Positions 23,922-34,639 of a stretch of DNA of 52,946 nt are shown here, piece after piece. Source of the DNA: Vermamoeba vermiformis. Its lineage: Eukaryota. The notes under the pieces are model-generated. The model ran no database searches, was not told the origin of the DNA, and worked only from the letters and a program-made list of their open reading frames with translations. The stretch lies in contig JBEWZL010000143.1 in the NCBI GenBank assembly GCA_045837725.1, forward strand, positions 1 through 52,946. The letters run 5' to 3'. Numbering within the stretch: position 1 is the stretch's first letter; each line of letters begins with the position of its first letter. The position numbers and the translations under genes were made by a program.

Positions 23922-26094
23922 ATGTCGACCACCAAGGCTATCCTAGTCTTAATAGCTATCTTAGCCGTTGGTGCGTTAATTGAGGCTAGAAATGTCTACG
24001 TCAAGCCTCACGAGTCTCATGGCGCCAAACGTTCATTGCACATTGCTAGTCAATTAGGAGAAATTCGAAATGAATTTCCTAATATTAATGGGTTTGTAAT
24101 CGAGGTAATATTACGAATTACTTTATTTACACAAATCATTTCAAATAATTATTTGCTATAATTTTTAGTTAAATGTAAATTATCTACCTACGGCGTTATT
24201 CATTACCCTTTATAGGTACCCGATAATATGCCTATTGAAGAGTTAAGAAAGGATCCAAGAATCGAGTACGCTGAAGAGATCGGATTCGGTACGTTTTTAT
24301 CTTGCATCTGAAAGTCAACAAACCTGCTTTACTAACCTATTTTTCATTGTAGCATCGATCGCTGGTGCCCCAAACGACCCTTTTTTCAATCAAGAATGGC
24401 ATCTACAAAAGTTGGGCATGCTTGCAGTTTGGGATATCATTCCATTCGATATCGCTGCTCAGTCTGATATCGTAGGTGCACTAAATCGATTTAATATACT
24501 CGGAGCTAATAATGAATTATTTTATAGAAAGTTGGTATTTGCGATTCCGGATTTATGTTCGACCATCCGGATTTGGACGGCTCAAAGGTTGTCTGGCAAC
24601 GCGATTACGTTGATAACGATGGTAACACTCAAATTACCAAGTTAGAGGAGTTCCACGGTATGAAATTAAAGAAAATTAATATCTAGATCTCAAATGATCT
24701 GGTGATTTAGGACCTGCTGTTGCCGGTGTTATCAGCGCTGTTACTAACAACAATGCCGGTAAGTTATTGAAGCTGTCGCCTATACTCAAACTAATACCTT
24801 GTCGTAGGTGTCGCTAGCATAGCATCTGGAGTTAAGCTGATGATTGGTCGCGTGTTCGATGCTACCAACATTGCTCCCTACAACAGAATTTTGCAGTGCA
24901 TGAACGATCTCGCTAATGCAGGCGCTCGTATTATCAACTTGAGCATTGGTGTAAGTATTAGCAGGATAAGCCAAAAACAAAAAACTGATCCGAATCTGTT
25001 GTTTAGGGCACTGATCCGTTCACTCCTTTTGACGATGCAATGAAAAACTTTCTCTCGCGAGGTGGGCATAGTCATATATCCAGCACTTATATCAGCATTT
25101 AATATAATATGTAGGTATTCTCACTGTTGTCTCTGCTGGAAACTACGGCGATAAGGGCAACATTGCGAATTATCCTGGTGCTTATGACAGCGCTTTTACT
25201 GTCGGTGCTACGGATAGAAATGATCAACGTGGTTATTTATCGAACTATCTTAACTATGTCGACATCTCAGCTCCTGGTAAGTCACATCCAAAACACATCC
25301 AGATCGATCCAAGGTCTAACAATTTTTTGTAGGTATTGAAGTTTTATCGGTCTACTTCCCTCAAGATATTGGCATGTTTGAAGGCACTTCATTCGCAGCG
25401 CCGATCGTCTCCGGTGTTGCCGCCCTTTTGTGGTCCATCAAGGCAGATCAAACTCCGCAACAGATCCAAAGTTTGTTGACTTCAACTGCTGTTGATCTTG
25501 GCGAGTGGGGCAAGGTATAATTTGCTTTATGTATTTATATAACCTTCCTACAATAGCTACTGACGAGAGCTTTCTTAGGATCCTTCTTTCGGATTCGGTC
25601 GAGTTGATCCATTGCAAGCCGTCAAGAGTGCGTCATCAAACCATATATATCCAAGAGTTACTTAACAAAAATTTACTTTAGAGCTGTTAAACAAACCTCC
25701 TGCCTTCGCGGTCGAATCGGCGTACACGATGACAGTTGGCCAAGATTTCGTAGCAACAATCAAGTGCTATTGTAAGTATCGTTCACTGAACGGTGAAATT
25801 TCGCTGCCGAACCTTTAAAGTAACATATATCGCTAGCTATTGAATCATTTGACTCGTGCACTACGTTGGCTTACACCGACTTCCCTTCATTCGTGACCGT
25901 CAAACAAATCTCGCCTTCGGAGATTCAAATCTCAGCTGCACCGACCTCTGACAATGTTGGAGCTTTCACCGTTGTATTCCGCGCTGTGGACACGATGTCG
26001 ACTTGGAACTTTGTGCAGGTCTCTTTCAACGGTACGTTGAGTAAAGCTTCAAGTACTACTCGTACTGACCAATTTTACAGTTCAACAGGCATAA
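23922..26094 (+). CDS. Secreted subtilisin-like S8 protease with C-terminal Ig/cadherin-like domain
   Basis: Signal peptide, ICDSG, FHGPAVAG, SAGN, DISAPG, GTSFAAP. C-terminal PPAF...TVGQ...ISAAPTSDNVGAFTVVFRAVD, stop at 26092-26094. Confidence 0.87.
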
Positions 26095-26128
26095 GCTGTG
26101 ATTCGTTGGTTCAAAAATAAAGTTAAAT

Positions 26129-28367
26129 TTATTGGTTCGTGTTATTGGGTTGCATTTTCTCCAAATACTCGATGATTTGGTCGGCATTCGGCCTTGCTTG
26201 CGGGTCCGTTTGGCAACAGTCGATAATGAGCTGGTTGAACTCCGTATGAGCTGCATGCTGATTGAGCCGATTTCTTAAGTTCGCTTCTTTGAGTATGACA
26301 GGCAAACGAGTATTCGTGACCATCGCGAATAAAAGAACGCCGAACCTAGAGTATTGTAAGCTGACATGATGATACAATGGCACTTGATGTGTGACTTACG
26401 AATAAATATCCACTTTTTCGTCTTGACCCTTTTCCTCCAATATTTCTGGAGAGGTGTAACCTAATGTACCACATGGGGTCTTGGCTTTTGTATCCTCAGT
26501 AAGGGGTCTTGCTGTTCCGAAGTCTGAAATTTTGGCTCTCTTTTTGTTATTGTACAGCTTATCTGCGATCAGAAATTGAAAAAATAACAATGAAAGAACG
26601 TACCAGCACGTTATCGGGTTTTAAATCTCGATGAATAATTTTAGGTTTCAGCGAATGCAAATATCTTAAGCCCTGGGCTACATCAAGTGCCAACTGGATA
26701 ATCCGCGGTTTTTCGAGTTTAACTTTTTCCTTAAATATCATGTCTTCCAGCGATCCATCCTTCATATATTCCATGAATAGGTATATCGTGTCACCTTCTC
26801 GCCTGAATTCCAGAAACTTCACGATATTCTTGTGGCGTAGTGATCTGAAACAACATCAATAAATGAATAAAAAATTGAAATTGACGCAGGCGTACATTAA
26901 GATTTTCGTTTCTTGTATTAGTTGCTCTTCGTGTCCTGGTCCCTTTGGCACTTTGATCGCGACATATTGCTGGGGCTTTTTTCCTCGGTATACTTTCCCG
27001 TTACCACCGGAACCAATTTGTTCCCAAGACTCTGAAAATTTGTAAGACAACTGACACTTTAACAATCGCTTACCTTCGGGGCTATTTTCTACTTGAGATC
27101 GCAGGAGCGGAGCCATTTCGCTTAGACCTCTGTTCGTGTCTTGACTGCTGCGACTATTCTTTTTCTTCAAATAAAAAACATTCACCGCGACACCTACAAA
27201 TACTACCGGCACTAAAATTATGACTAACACTTGTGCGGGTGATATAAAAAGGTTGTCAGCGGTAAATACATCCACAGTGTCGTAGACAATTGAATTGTCA
27301 ATCTCTCCTCCTCCACCAAAAAAGGCAATATTTCCGGTCGATGCAGCAGCTAAATCTCCACGTGCAACGGAAAGTTCGGTGGTGCTCCACTGACCAGATT
27401 CGGAGTCAAAAATGTCAACGACGTACGACATTTTGCCTTTGTAATTACATCCTCCTCCAAACAGCGCATATTTTCCCAGATTTGTAGCTGCGAAGATCAT
27501 TCGAGGTGCGCTCAGCTGTGCCGTTGACCATTTTTCACTCGAATAGTCGTAAATGTCTACTACATCACTCGGAGTGTTGCCTCTAATGCGACCACCGGCA
27601 AACAATGCAAACTTTCCAACAGATGTGGCTGCTACGTCTGTTCGTCCTTGGCTCAGTTCGGCAGTCGACCATTGCAAGGTAACGGCATTGAAGATGTCCA
27701 CTCGACTTAAAAATGTTCCGTTGGCAGAACCTCCGCCAAACAATGCAATTGTTCCATTGGACGTCGCGCCATGACCAAATCGAGCGATTGATAAATTAGC
27801 CGTCGACCAGGATCCATTGACGCTGTCAAAAATGTCAACGACGGAACTGGCAAAGTCGTACTCGTCATTGTATCCGCCGGAAAAAAGCGCAAATCGACCG
27901 GCAGAGGTTGCACCTTGAAAAGCACGCTCGGGATTTTTCGTGACAGCCGACCAGGTCCAGGGAGTAGTATTCATATCCAAAATGTCATACACGTGCTGAT
28001 TGTCATCGGACTGCCCTCCGCCGAAAATAACGTAGTTGCCAACATTAGTCGAACGAAGATGACCTCGATGAGTGCTAAGCTTGTCTGTCGTCCAGCGCGA
28101 AGTCTTTGTGTCGTAGATGTCGATTGTGTTAGAACGAGCTTCGCCGTCAAAGCCACCTGCGAAGAAAACATATCTTTCGGTCGCTGTCGCCGCTAATCCT
28201 AGTCGTGGTTGCGTCAAACTCGCCCAGGAGAGTGAGATTAACGATAGGCAAAAGACATATTTTAGGATCGCCGTAGCTGCCAAATTAAATTTTGTCAATT
28301 CGAATTTTTTAGTATTGTATTATTAAAGTTAATTTGAATTTAGTGCCGTGGTTTACTTGCCTGCCAT
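26129..28367 (-). CDS. Kelch-repeat-ectodomain receptor Ser/Thr (TKL-type) kinase
   Basis: About 6-7 clear kelch repeats (ALFGGG..VDIFD..WST..LS..R), TM, GSGGNG, HRDLKPDN, DFG, CGTLGYTSPE. Start inferred via a GC-AG intron at 28277-28360. Confidence 0.88.
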
Positions 28368-29150
28368 TCTGATTCAGTTTGCAAATGTCAAATCGTTCAA
28401 TGTGAAAGTGACTGTTTTCTCTAACAAACTTACTGCAAGCTGCAGCGTAGCACTGTTGTGTTATTCAATGAGAGTAATTGTGAAATCAGAAAAAGTTTCC
28501 CAATCGGTTTTACATACTGAAAAATGGGAAATTTCTATTAAATTCAAGGGATTCAATCTAAACATATTCCTTTTATAGTAAAGCAAGTGATATTTTTACC
28601 GACCATTTTAAATTTTCTCGATTAATATTTAAAGGTGGCTCGGAGATAAAATATGAATTTAAACTTCCGGTTCTATTTGCGCCAATCAAAAAATTTGACC
28701 TTTCGTCTCCCAACCAGTCTGGGGTCTCCCAGCGGAGTTCCTACACGCATAATTTTATTAATTTTTATTATTTTAATTTTTGTAATATTATCTGCCTTTA
28801 TTCGAAAGATAATGCGCATTACTCAATTAATTCTTAAATTAAATTCTTAACTGCAGGTTGCTTCAATTACCTTTCATTTAAATACTATCCCATAGCAACA
28901 TTCTGTTATGGTCGAGCGCTGAGTAAAAAATTAAATACTATCGTATCGTAATTGAACTCAGTTGTGGTCGAACCTGGCACAATAAGATCAGAAGTAAAAA
29001 TACAACCGACCTCCCTCCCGTGCAAAATTCTCTAAAATACAGAATATAGCTATCAAGTTAATATATAATAACTTTCGAATATATTACGCCATTTGCCCGA
29101 GCGAGAACTGTAAATGAACTCGATCTGCCTCAACGAGGTATTTCTTCATT

Positions 29151-31521
29151 TGTGACAGCCAAAAAAATGTAGGATCAACCGTAAAAAAATTAAATAGCGT
29201 TATTGTATATAAATAAAAATTATCAAATAATAAACTATATTCTTTATTATTACCATATTAATATTTGGTGGTGCTTAAAAAGTAATTGGCACGTGAAAAA
29301 ATAAAAATAAATTTTCATCCGATCCGCTAATAATCTCGGCGGAGGCAGAATACAGAATTGAAAGCTAAAACACTATTTATTTATCATATAAATTTTAGTT
29401 AAAGCATTATATTTATTTGTTTTTACAATGAGATTATATTTTTTGTTTGGTTTTGTCATATTAATACGATGTAAGTACTATTTAGAATATTTGAAAATAA
29501 TTACTAAAAAATCTAAAAATATTAACTTCACGTCTAGATAGTGTCGGCAGTAATTCTCTTTGATTGTTGACGGGCTTGACGAGGACCTTGCTCTTCGCCG
29601 GCACAGGCAAGTTTCCATCTGTGAGATTCGCTTCGCTTCTTTGTATCTGACGCTTTAATAGGTTCAGTCTTCGAGTCCACAGCCGTTGCAATTGTTGGTG
29701 ATGTTGGGGGCTTTGGCTTTTGCTTCTTTGTTGGTGTCTTTGGCTTGAGATCAGCGGCAGATGCAATTCTTTTTTTCCCTTTGTTGACCGGTAAGATCTC
29801 TGCATACTCTCCCTTTGCAATTTTCTCGCGTTCTGACTTGATTTTGTCGAAGTGCTCAGAGTTCTCACGAACAAAAAAAGGTTCGATCTGATCCACATCT
29901 GCTTGAAATACTTCGCCTTTGTTGCCGCCAGCGAGCATTACTGCAGTGTATTGGCCAGCACTGAACGACTTGATGACTACGGCAGGCTGCTTGTCCATAT
30001 ATTTCTTCACTTTAGTCTTCTTTCCAACGTCAATTAGCACGGTGTCGCCACTTTGGTAAGTTCTAATCTTATGCTTCTTTTCAAACCGCTTAATGTGTCG
30101 ATTGGCAGCGGTTTCAATGGCAGCATTTGTCTCCTGAAGAACTTGACGAGCGTAGTCGATCCGCTTCTGCATCTCTTCATCACCTGCACGTAGGTCATTA
30201 GTAACATTCTTTGCTCGTGTCATCTACTTACCATTAGCATCCATCTTCAAGTATCGCGTGCCGCGCAAGACTTCAAATGGAGCACGACCAATTGTAGCAT
30301 GAAACTTGCCGTTATATTGTTCAACAGCAGCTATCGCAACTGCAGACCATGGAGCTCCAATAACTCCATTAGTCATTTTGCGAATTAGTGCCTTGAAGGT
30401 GCCATTGAGCCTCTCGATCTGTCCATTGGTTTGGGGATGCTTTGGTCGCGAGTGCTTTGGTTTGCTTTCAATCAACCGTAAGTACTCCTTGACAATTGCT
30501 GCAGTGAATTCCTTGCCATTGTCAAACTGTACAATTGCAGGGTAACCTTCATTTGAGAAGATCTCTAACATTGCACGTGCAACAGGAGCGGCATGCTTCG
30601 AGGCAAAAGTCTTGATCCACAAGAACTTCGAGTGCGAGTCTACAATTGTCAGAATGTACCGGTCACCAGTGTCAGGGTCAGCGTAGTCCATCTCAGTGAA
30701 GTCAATCTCCACGCGCTCAAGAGGCTCGCTCGCTGTAATTGGTCGGAGTGGTGGTTTAGGGATGTGTCGCCGCTGCTTACCAATCTGACATTTCTCACAA
30801 GTTTTGATGAAGTACTCAACATCATTCTTCATACCCACCCAATGGTAGTCACCACTGATGGCATACAGCGTTGAATCTCGGCCTGCGAGAGATTAGTAAC
30901 GGCTAGTACTATATTTAGTAAGTCACTCACCCAAATGCGTGCCAAATTCTCCATCTCGATGGTAAGCTCCAATGAGCTCTTCTTTCGATTTAAAATCATT
31001 CTTCCCAGGTAAAAATACTCTTCGAAGGCCCTCGTCTATTTTGAAGAATTTTGTACTCAATTTAAAATTTTAATCTAATTTGATCTTACCACCAGACCCT
31101 CTGGGACGGATTGTCTTCGTGAATTTAATTCTTTTAAACAAGACACCATCAACAAGCACATGGGATTCAGCAGCCTGCTTCAGATAGCGACGGCGATTCT
31201 CTTTGGCCATCCCTTGGAGCTCAGGAGGCCACACAATCTGCTTCATCGTATATGCAGCGTGCAAGATGGCAAACAAACCAACGTATGTCTCGTAATCCAT
31301 GTTTGAATGTTAAATAAACAAATTTTGAGCAACAAAATTTTTTTGGCGGATGTGGTCAAAATTTTTCAACACACCAACTCAATACTAATTCATAATATTC
31401 TAATATAATACTGTCACCTAATCATGTGAATATCTCCCATTACTAATTCTTTATTAGTTCAAAGTACAAGAAAAGTGCGCCATTTTTTTAATCTGCGTCC
31501 TGGAGATTTTTGGCTGTCACA
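29151..31521 (-). mobile_element. Complete integrase-type DNA transposon (Ginger2/TDD-like)
   Basis: Perfect 15-bp TIR TGTGACAGCCAAAAA at 29151 and its reverse complement ending at 31521, imperfectly extending to ~40 bp. Direct repeat TTCATT at 29145-29150 and 31522-31527. Single integrase gene; no RT or LTR. Confidence 0.92.
29534..31300 (-). CDS. Retroviral-like DDE integrase/transposase, 4 exons
   Basis: Introns 31036-31089, 30883-30930 and 30184-30231 (GT..AG) give HHCC (YH..THLG..CEKC), DDE (EIDF, FDNGKEF, GQIERLN) and an SH3-like C-terminus (YQSGDTVLI...DQIEPF). Confidence 0.9.
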
Positions 31522-32428
31522 TTCATTCCTCATCGTGCAAATGAGTCGAAACTGCACCAATGAGTTATATAAGTGGTATTCTACTCATTCCTGCGTTTTG
31601 AGTGGATTCGCACGAGGGACAACCAAAAGAGAATCGTCGCCTTCATTATTTGTTGTAGATCTGTTTTATCAACCACAATGGACCAACGTAATGATGCTAT
31701 ATTAGTGGCGCATATACACTTTGTCGCTCACACCTCGACAAAGAGTAAGTAAGCCTTGTAGCTGCACATGTGTTGGCGATACCTCTCGCATCCTTCTGGT
31801 TAGTTCCACACAAAACAATTGATTTTAATTCCACTTTCTCTAAAAATGAACCTCCTTGGTATAGAAATCGTAGAATGAATTTTACAAATTTTCTGACCGA
31901 AATACAAAATTTGTTGATTCGATCTTTCGTCATTTTAATTGCTTTGCGATCTAATAACCATCTCTCGAGTGAATTTAAAATACACCAATATTTATTACTG
32001 AAAAGATTGATCAGCCACTCAAGTTTAATCCTCAGTTCGTCAATTAAATTGAATGCTTTGAACGCTCGATCATGACTTTGCTGACGCCGTACTCGACCAA
32101 CATTGAGATTGGGCCTGCATTGCACGTCACCACCGAAACAAGCTCGGCAATGACGTTAAGAAGAGTGGCTACCTCAATGGTACGAGCGGTGCCGTGGTTG
32201 GCTATCACTGGATTCGCTGCTGCCGTCAGGTATGTTCGAAATGCATTGGATTCAAATACAACAAAAGGTATTTCTGATCTATTGGTCGTGAGAGAACTAA
32301 TACTAAAAATTAGAAAGCTTTCAGCTAAAGACATAAATTGTGAGTCGAAGCGAATTGGCAGTTCGACACAATTGAATTGAATTGAAGCATTAGTCTCTTG
32401 TTATACCACAACTAGCATAAGACCTTAG

Positions 32429-33970
32429 CTGTATTCAGAAGACAAGTTGGCTTCCTCGCAGCAAAATCCATACCAACATATTTGGCCCGTGGCTATTTCA
32501 CAAGACAGTTTGTTACGCCGCGCTATTTCCCGGCAAGTTTTTCCGAACGGCACCTACGTTCCAAACAGATATGAAGTCTACGTCCCGCAAGGTGGCTACG
32601 GCTTGAGCGCAATGTATGATCTTAATCCAGACCTGTTGCTGTACAAGACTGCGACGTATTACATGAAAACTCTCATCGACATGCTTATTGGACAAAATTT
32701 CACGATGGGCGTGGATCTGTTTGGATTTCCGTACGATTGGCGCTACCCTGTGAACTATAGACCTCATTTGGATTCCTTGGAAAAAATCTTGAATTCAAAG
32801 CCGAATGAAGAGTGGTTCGTCATTGCTCATTCGATGGGCGGATTAGTGATGCAGGAATACTTCAAGTCAGGCCTGAGCAGCAATCGCAACGACAGTCACA
32901 TCACGCTAATAACGGTCGGCACTCCGTTTCACGGTGTTGGCGGGCGAAGTTTGCAAGGGTTTACGACTGGCTATAACTTTGGCAATTCGCGGCTGTCAAA
33001 TAATGTGGCAAAAGAATTCACCATCGAGACTTTTTCCGCTTACGACTTATTGCCCCAACCGCAACTACAACCTCGTCCGACTGTCAACTTCAAAGATTAT
33101 TACAAAGAAATTGCTGTTGGCGGGTTTCATCCTGAACGAGTGCGAACGCGAGAATGCTTCACGAGACCGAAGTCATACTACGTTTTCAATAGTGGAGTGG
33201 CCACACCTCACGACATCATCACCACGAAAGCTTCAGAAGAAGAGAACGATTACGCAGAAACTTTCGTCGATGGTGACGGAACAGTTCCCAGCAGCTCGGC
33301 GACGAATCACGGCTGTCATAACGAACGTCCCATCAATTTAATGATCAAAGCCGATCACCTGGACATGTTGAACCACATCAGATTTTTAGGACTAGTCTAC
33401 ACTATCATCTACAGCAAGTGTCCAGACGTGAGCGGATATTATCGATGCTCCGACGAGACCATCGTGCATGTGGAACAAACCGTACCCACAATTGATTTCT
33501 TCAGAGGCTGGTACGTCTATGGAAAGAGTAGCAATACAGTAACGCAGGAGATGTATTATTTGGTTGGCCAAACATGTGGCGCATACATTGCCAAATCAGC
33601 AGAAGCATATTGTTACAAGCGTGAAACCACGAAGTTGACCGGATTATCGCCGTCGTTGAAGAATTGGACCGAGACAATCGAGTGCCCAAAAGACTACGTC
33701 TTGGTCGATGGTTTTTGTCTGCGAAACGTAACGACCGTTGTTTATCAATGTGGCGAAGGTTCACAACTTGTCGCCGGAAAATGCACTGCAATGGTCTTGA
33801 ACGAAAAAGAGTCAGTGCCAATGGTGACTATCGGGTTAGGTATTGTGTCAGTCGTGTCAATATCTGGCGCAGCCGTACTAGCGTACCTCTACATCAAGAA
33901 ACGCAAACTTGACAACTTCCAGCCTCTCACCGCCGAAATGGAAGAAGTTTCTGTGGAACGCATGATGTAG
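32429..33970 (+). CDS. LCAT / group XV phospholipase A2-like alpha/beta-hydrolase with Cys-rich stalk and C-terminal TM; 5' end missing
   Basis: LFGFPYDWR, IAHSMGG, GTPFHG, DGDGTVP, ADHLDML; TM VTIGLGIVSVVSISGAAVLAYLYI-KKRK. No in-frame ATG or signal peptide upstream. Confidence 0.8.
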   Translation: MYSEDKLASSQQNPYQHIWPVAISQDSLLRRAISRQVFPNGTYVPNRYEVYVPQGGYGLSAMYDLNPDLLLYKTATYYMKTLIDMLIGQNFTMGVDLFGFPYDWRYPVNYRPHLDSLEKILNSKPNEEWFVIAHSMGGLVMQEYFKSGLSSNRNDSHITLITVGTPFHGVGGRSLQGFTTGYNFGNSRLSNNVAKEFTIETFSAYDLLPQPQLQPRPTVNFKDYYKEIAVGGFHPERVRTRECFTRPKSYYVFNSGVATPHDIITTKASEEENDYAETFVDGDGTVPSSSATNHGCHNERPINLMIKADHLDMLNHIRFLGLVYTIIYSKCPDVSGYYRCSDETIVHVEQTVPTIDFFRGWYVYGKSSNTVTQEMYYLVGQTCGAYIAKSAEAYCYKRETTKLTGLSPSLKNWTETIECPKDYVLVDGFCLRNVTTVVYQCGEGSQLVAGKCTAMVLNEKESVPMVTIGLGIVSVVSISGAAVLAYLYIKKRKLDNFQPLTAEMEEVSVERMM

Positions 33971-34639
33971 TCTGAAACGTAATAAATGGGATTTTTCTGA
34001 GTGTTTAGAACAATGAAGCACACGATCTGACTGCGTCCCAGTTTCTTATCGGGCACCATAGGTTAGTGTAGAAGAAATCGTCTGCCCATCTGAGACCCGA
34101 GAAGGCGTGCAATTGAAAATCTTTGCGAATTTCCCTCGTTGTACAAATAAGTCAGTCGTTCCGTTTGTTCTCGAAGAACAACACGGATAATTGTTGCATG
34201 CTTCTCTATAATTACCATATAATCGACTTCAATCAGTATTCACCGGCTATTCATCAATATGTCGAAGGATGCCCTATTTATCCGCGGAAACAAACTGCGT
34301 CATAGATCCGCGTTTGGAATTAATAATTATTTAATAAGCGGTAATGATTAATTTAGGAACGCCAAAAATAAGCACTTTCCTAATATGCACTCAGAACTTC
34401 TTAAATTAGCAGTCGGATCAAATCAGTTGGATTAAAACTAGAATTTGCGCAAGTACTATTGTTATGCTTTTGCAATATATTTTTAAATTCAGTATTAATT
34501 TTTTTTCGAGCTTAGCTCGTGAATAGGGTAGAAGGGACCTCCTTGACCTAATCCGTAAATCCTTCAACTTTTTTGTTCGGTAAGTTACATAACAATGTTT
34601 AAGGGCGATTTAAATGCCCAGAGAAGCAAGTTGATTTTC

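Noticed and set aside
28634-28646. GGTGGYTCGGAGA motif, also at ~34799 and ~44272
   Set aside because: Two of the three copies are explained by the segmental duplication; one extra 13-mer is too weak to call regulatory.
30184-30231. In-frame TAG immediately followed by ATG between two integrase ORFs, suggesting stop-codon readthrough or a bicistronic layout
   Set aside because: The stop lies inside a 48-nt intron with GTAAGT donor, CTAAT branch site and GCAG acceptor; splicing gives a continuous frame.
29151-31521. LTR retrotransposon or Polinton remnant
   Set aside because: No LTRs, gag, RT, polB or capsid. The element is closed by TIRs and a TSD around a single intron-containing integrase.
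31528-32420. Minus-strand ORFs 31697-32125 and 32044-32334 as a real gene
   Set aside because: Frame changes and stops with no recognisable motif; at best a decayed helical-repeat pseudogene hit by the transposon.
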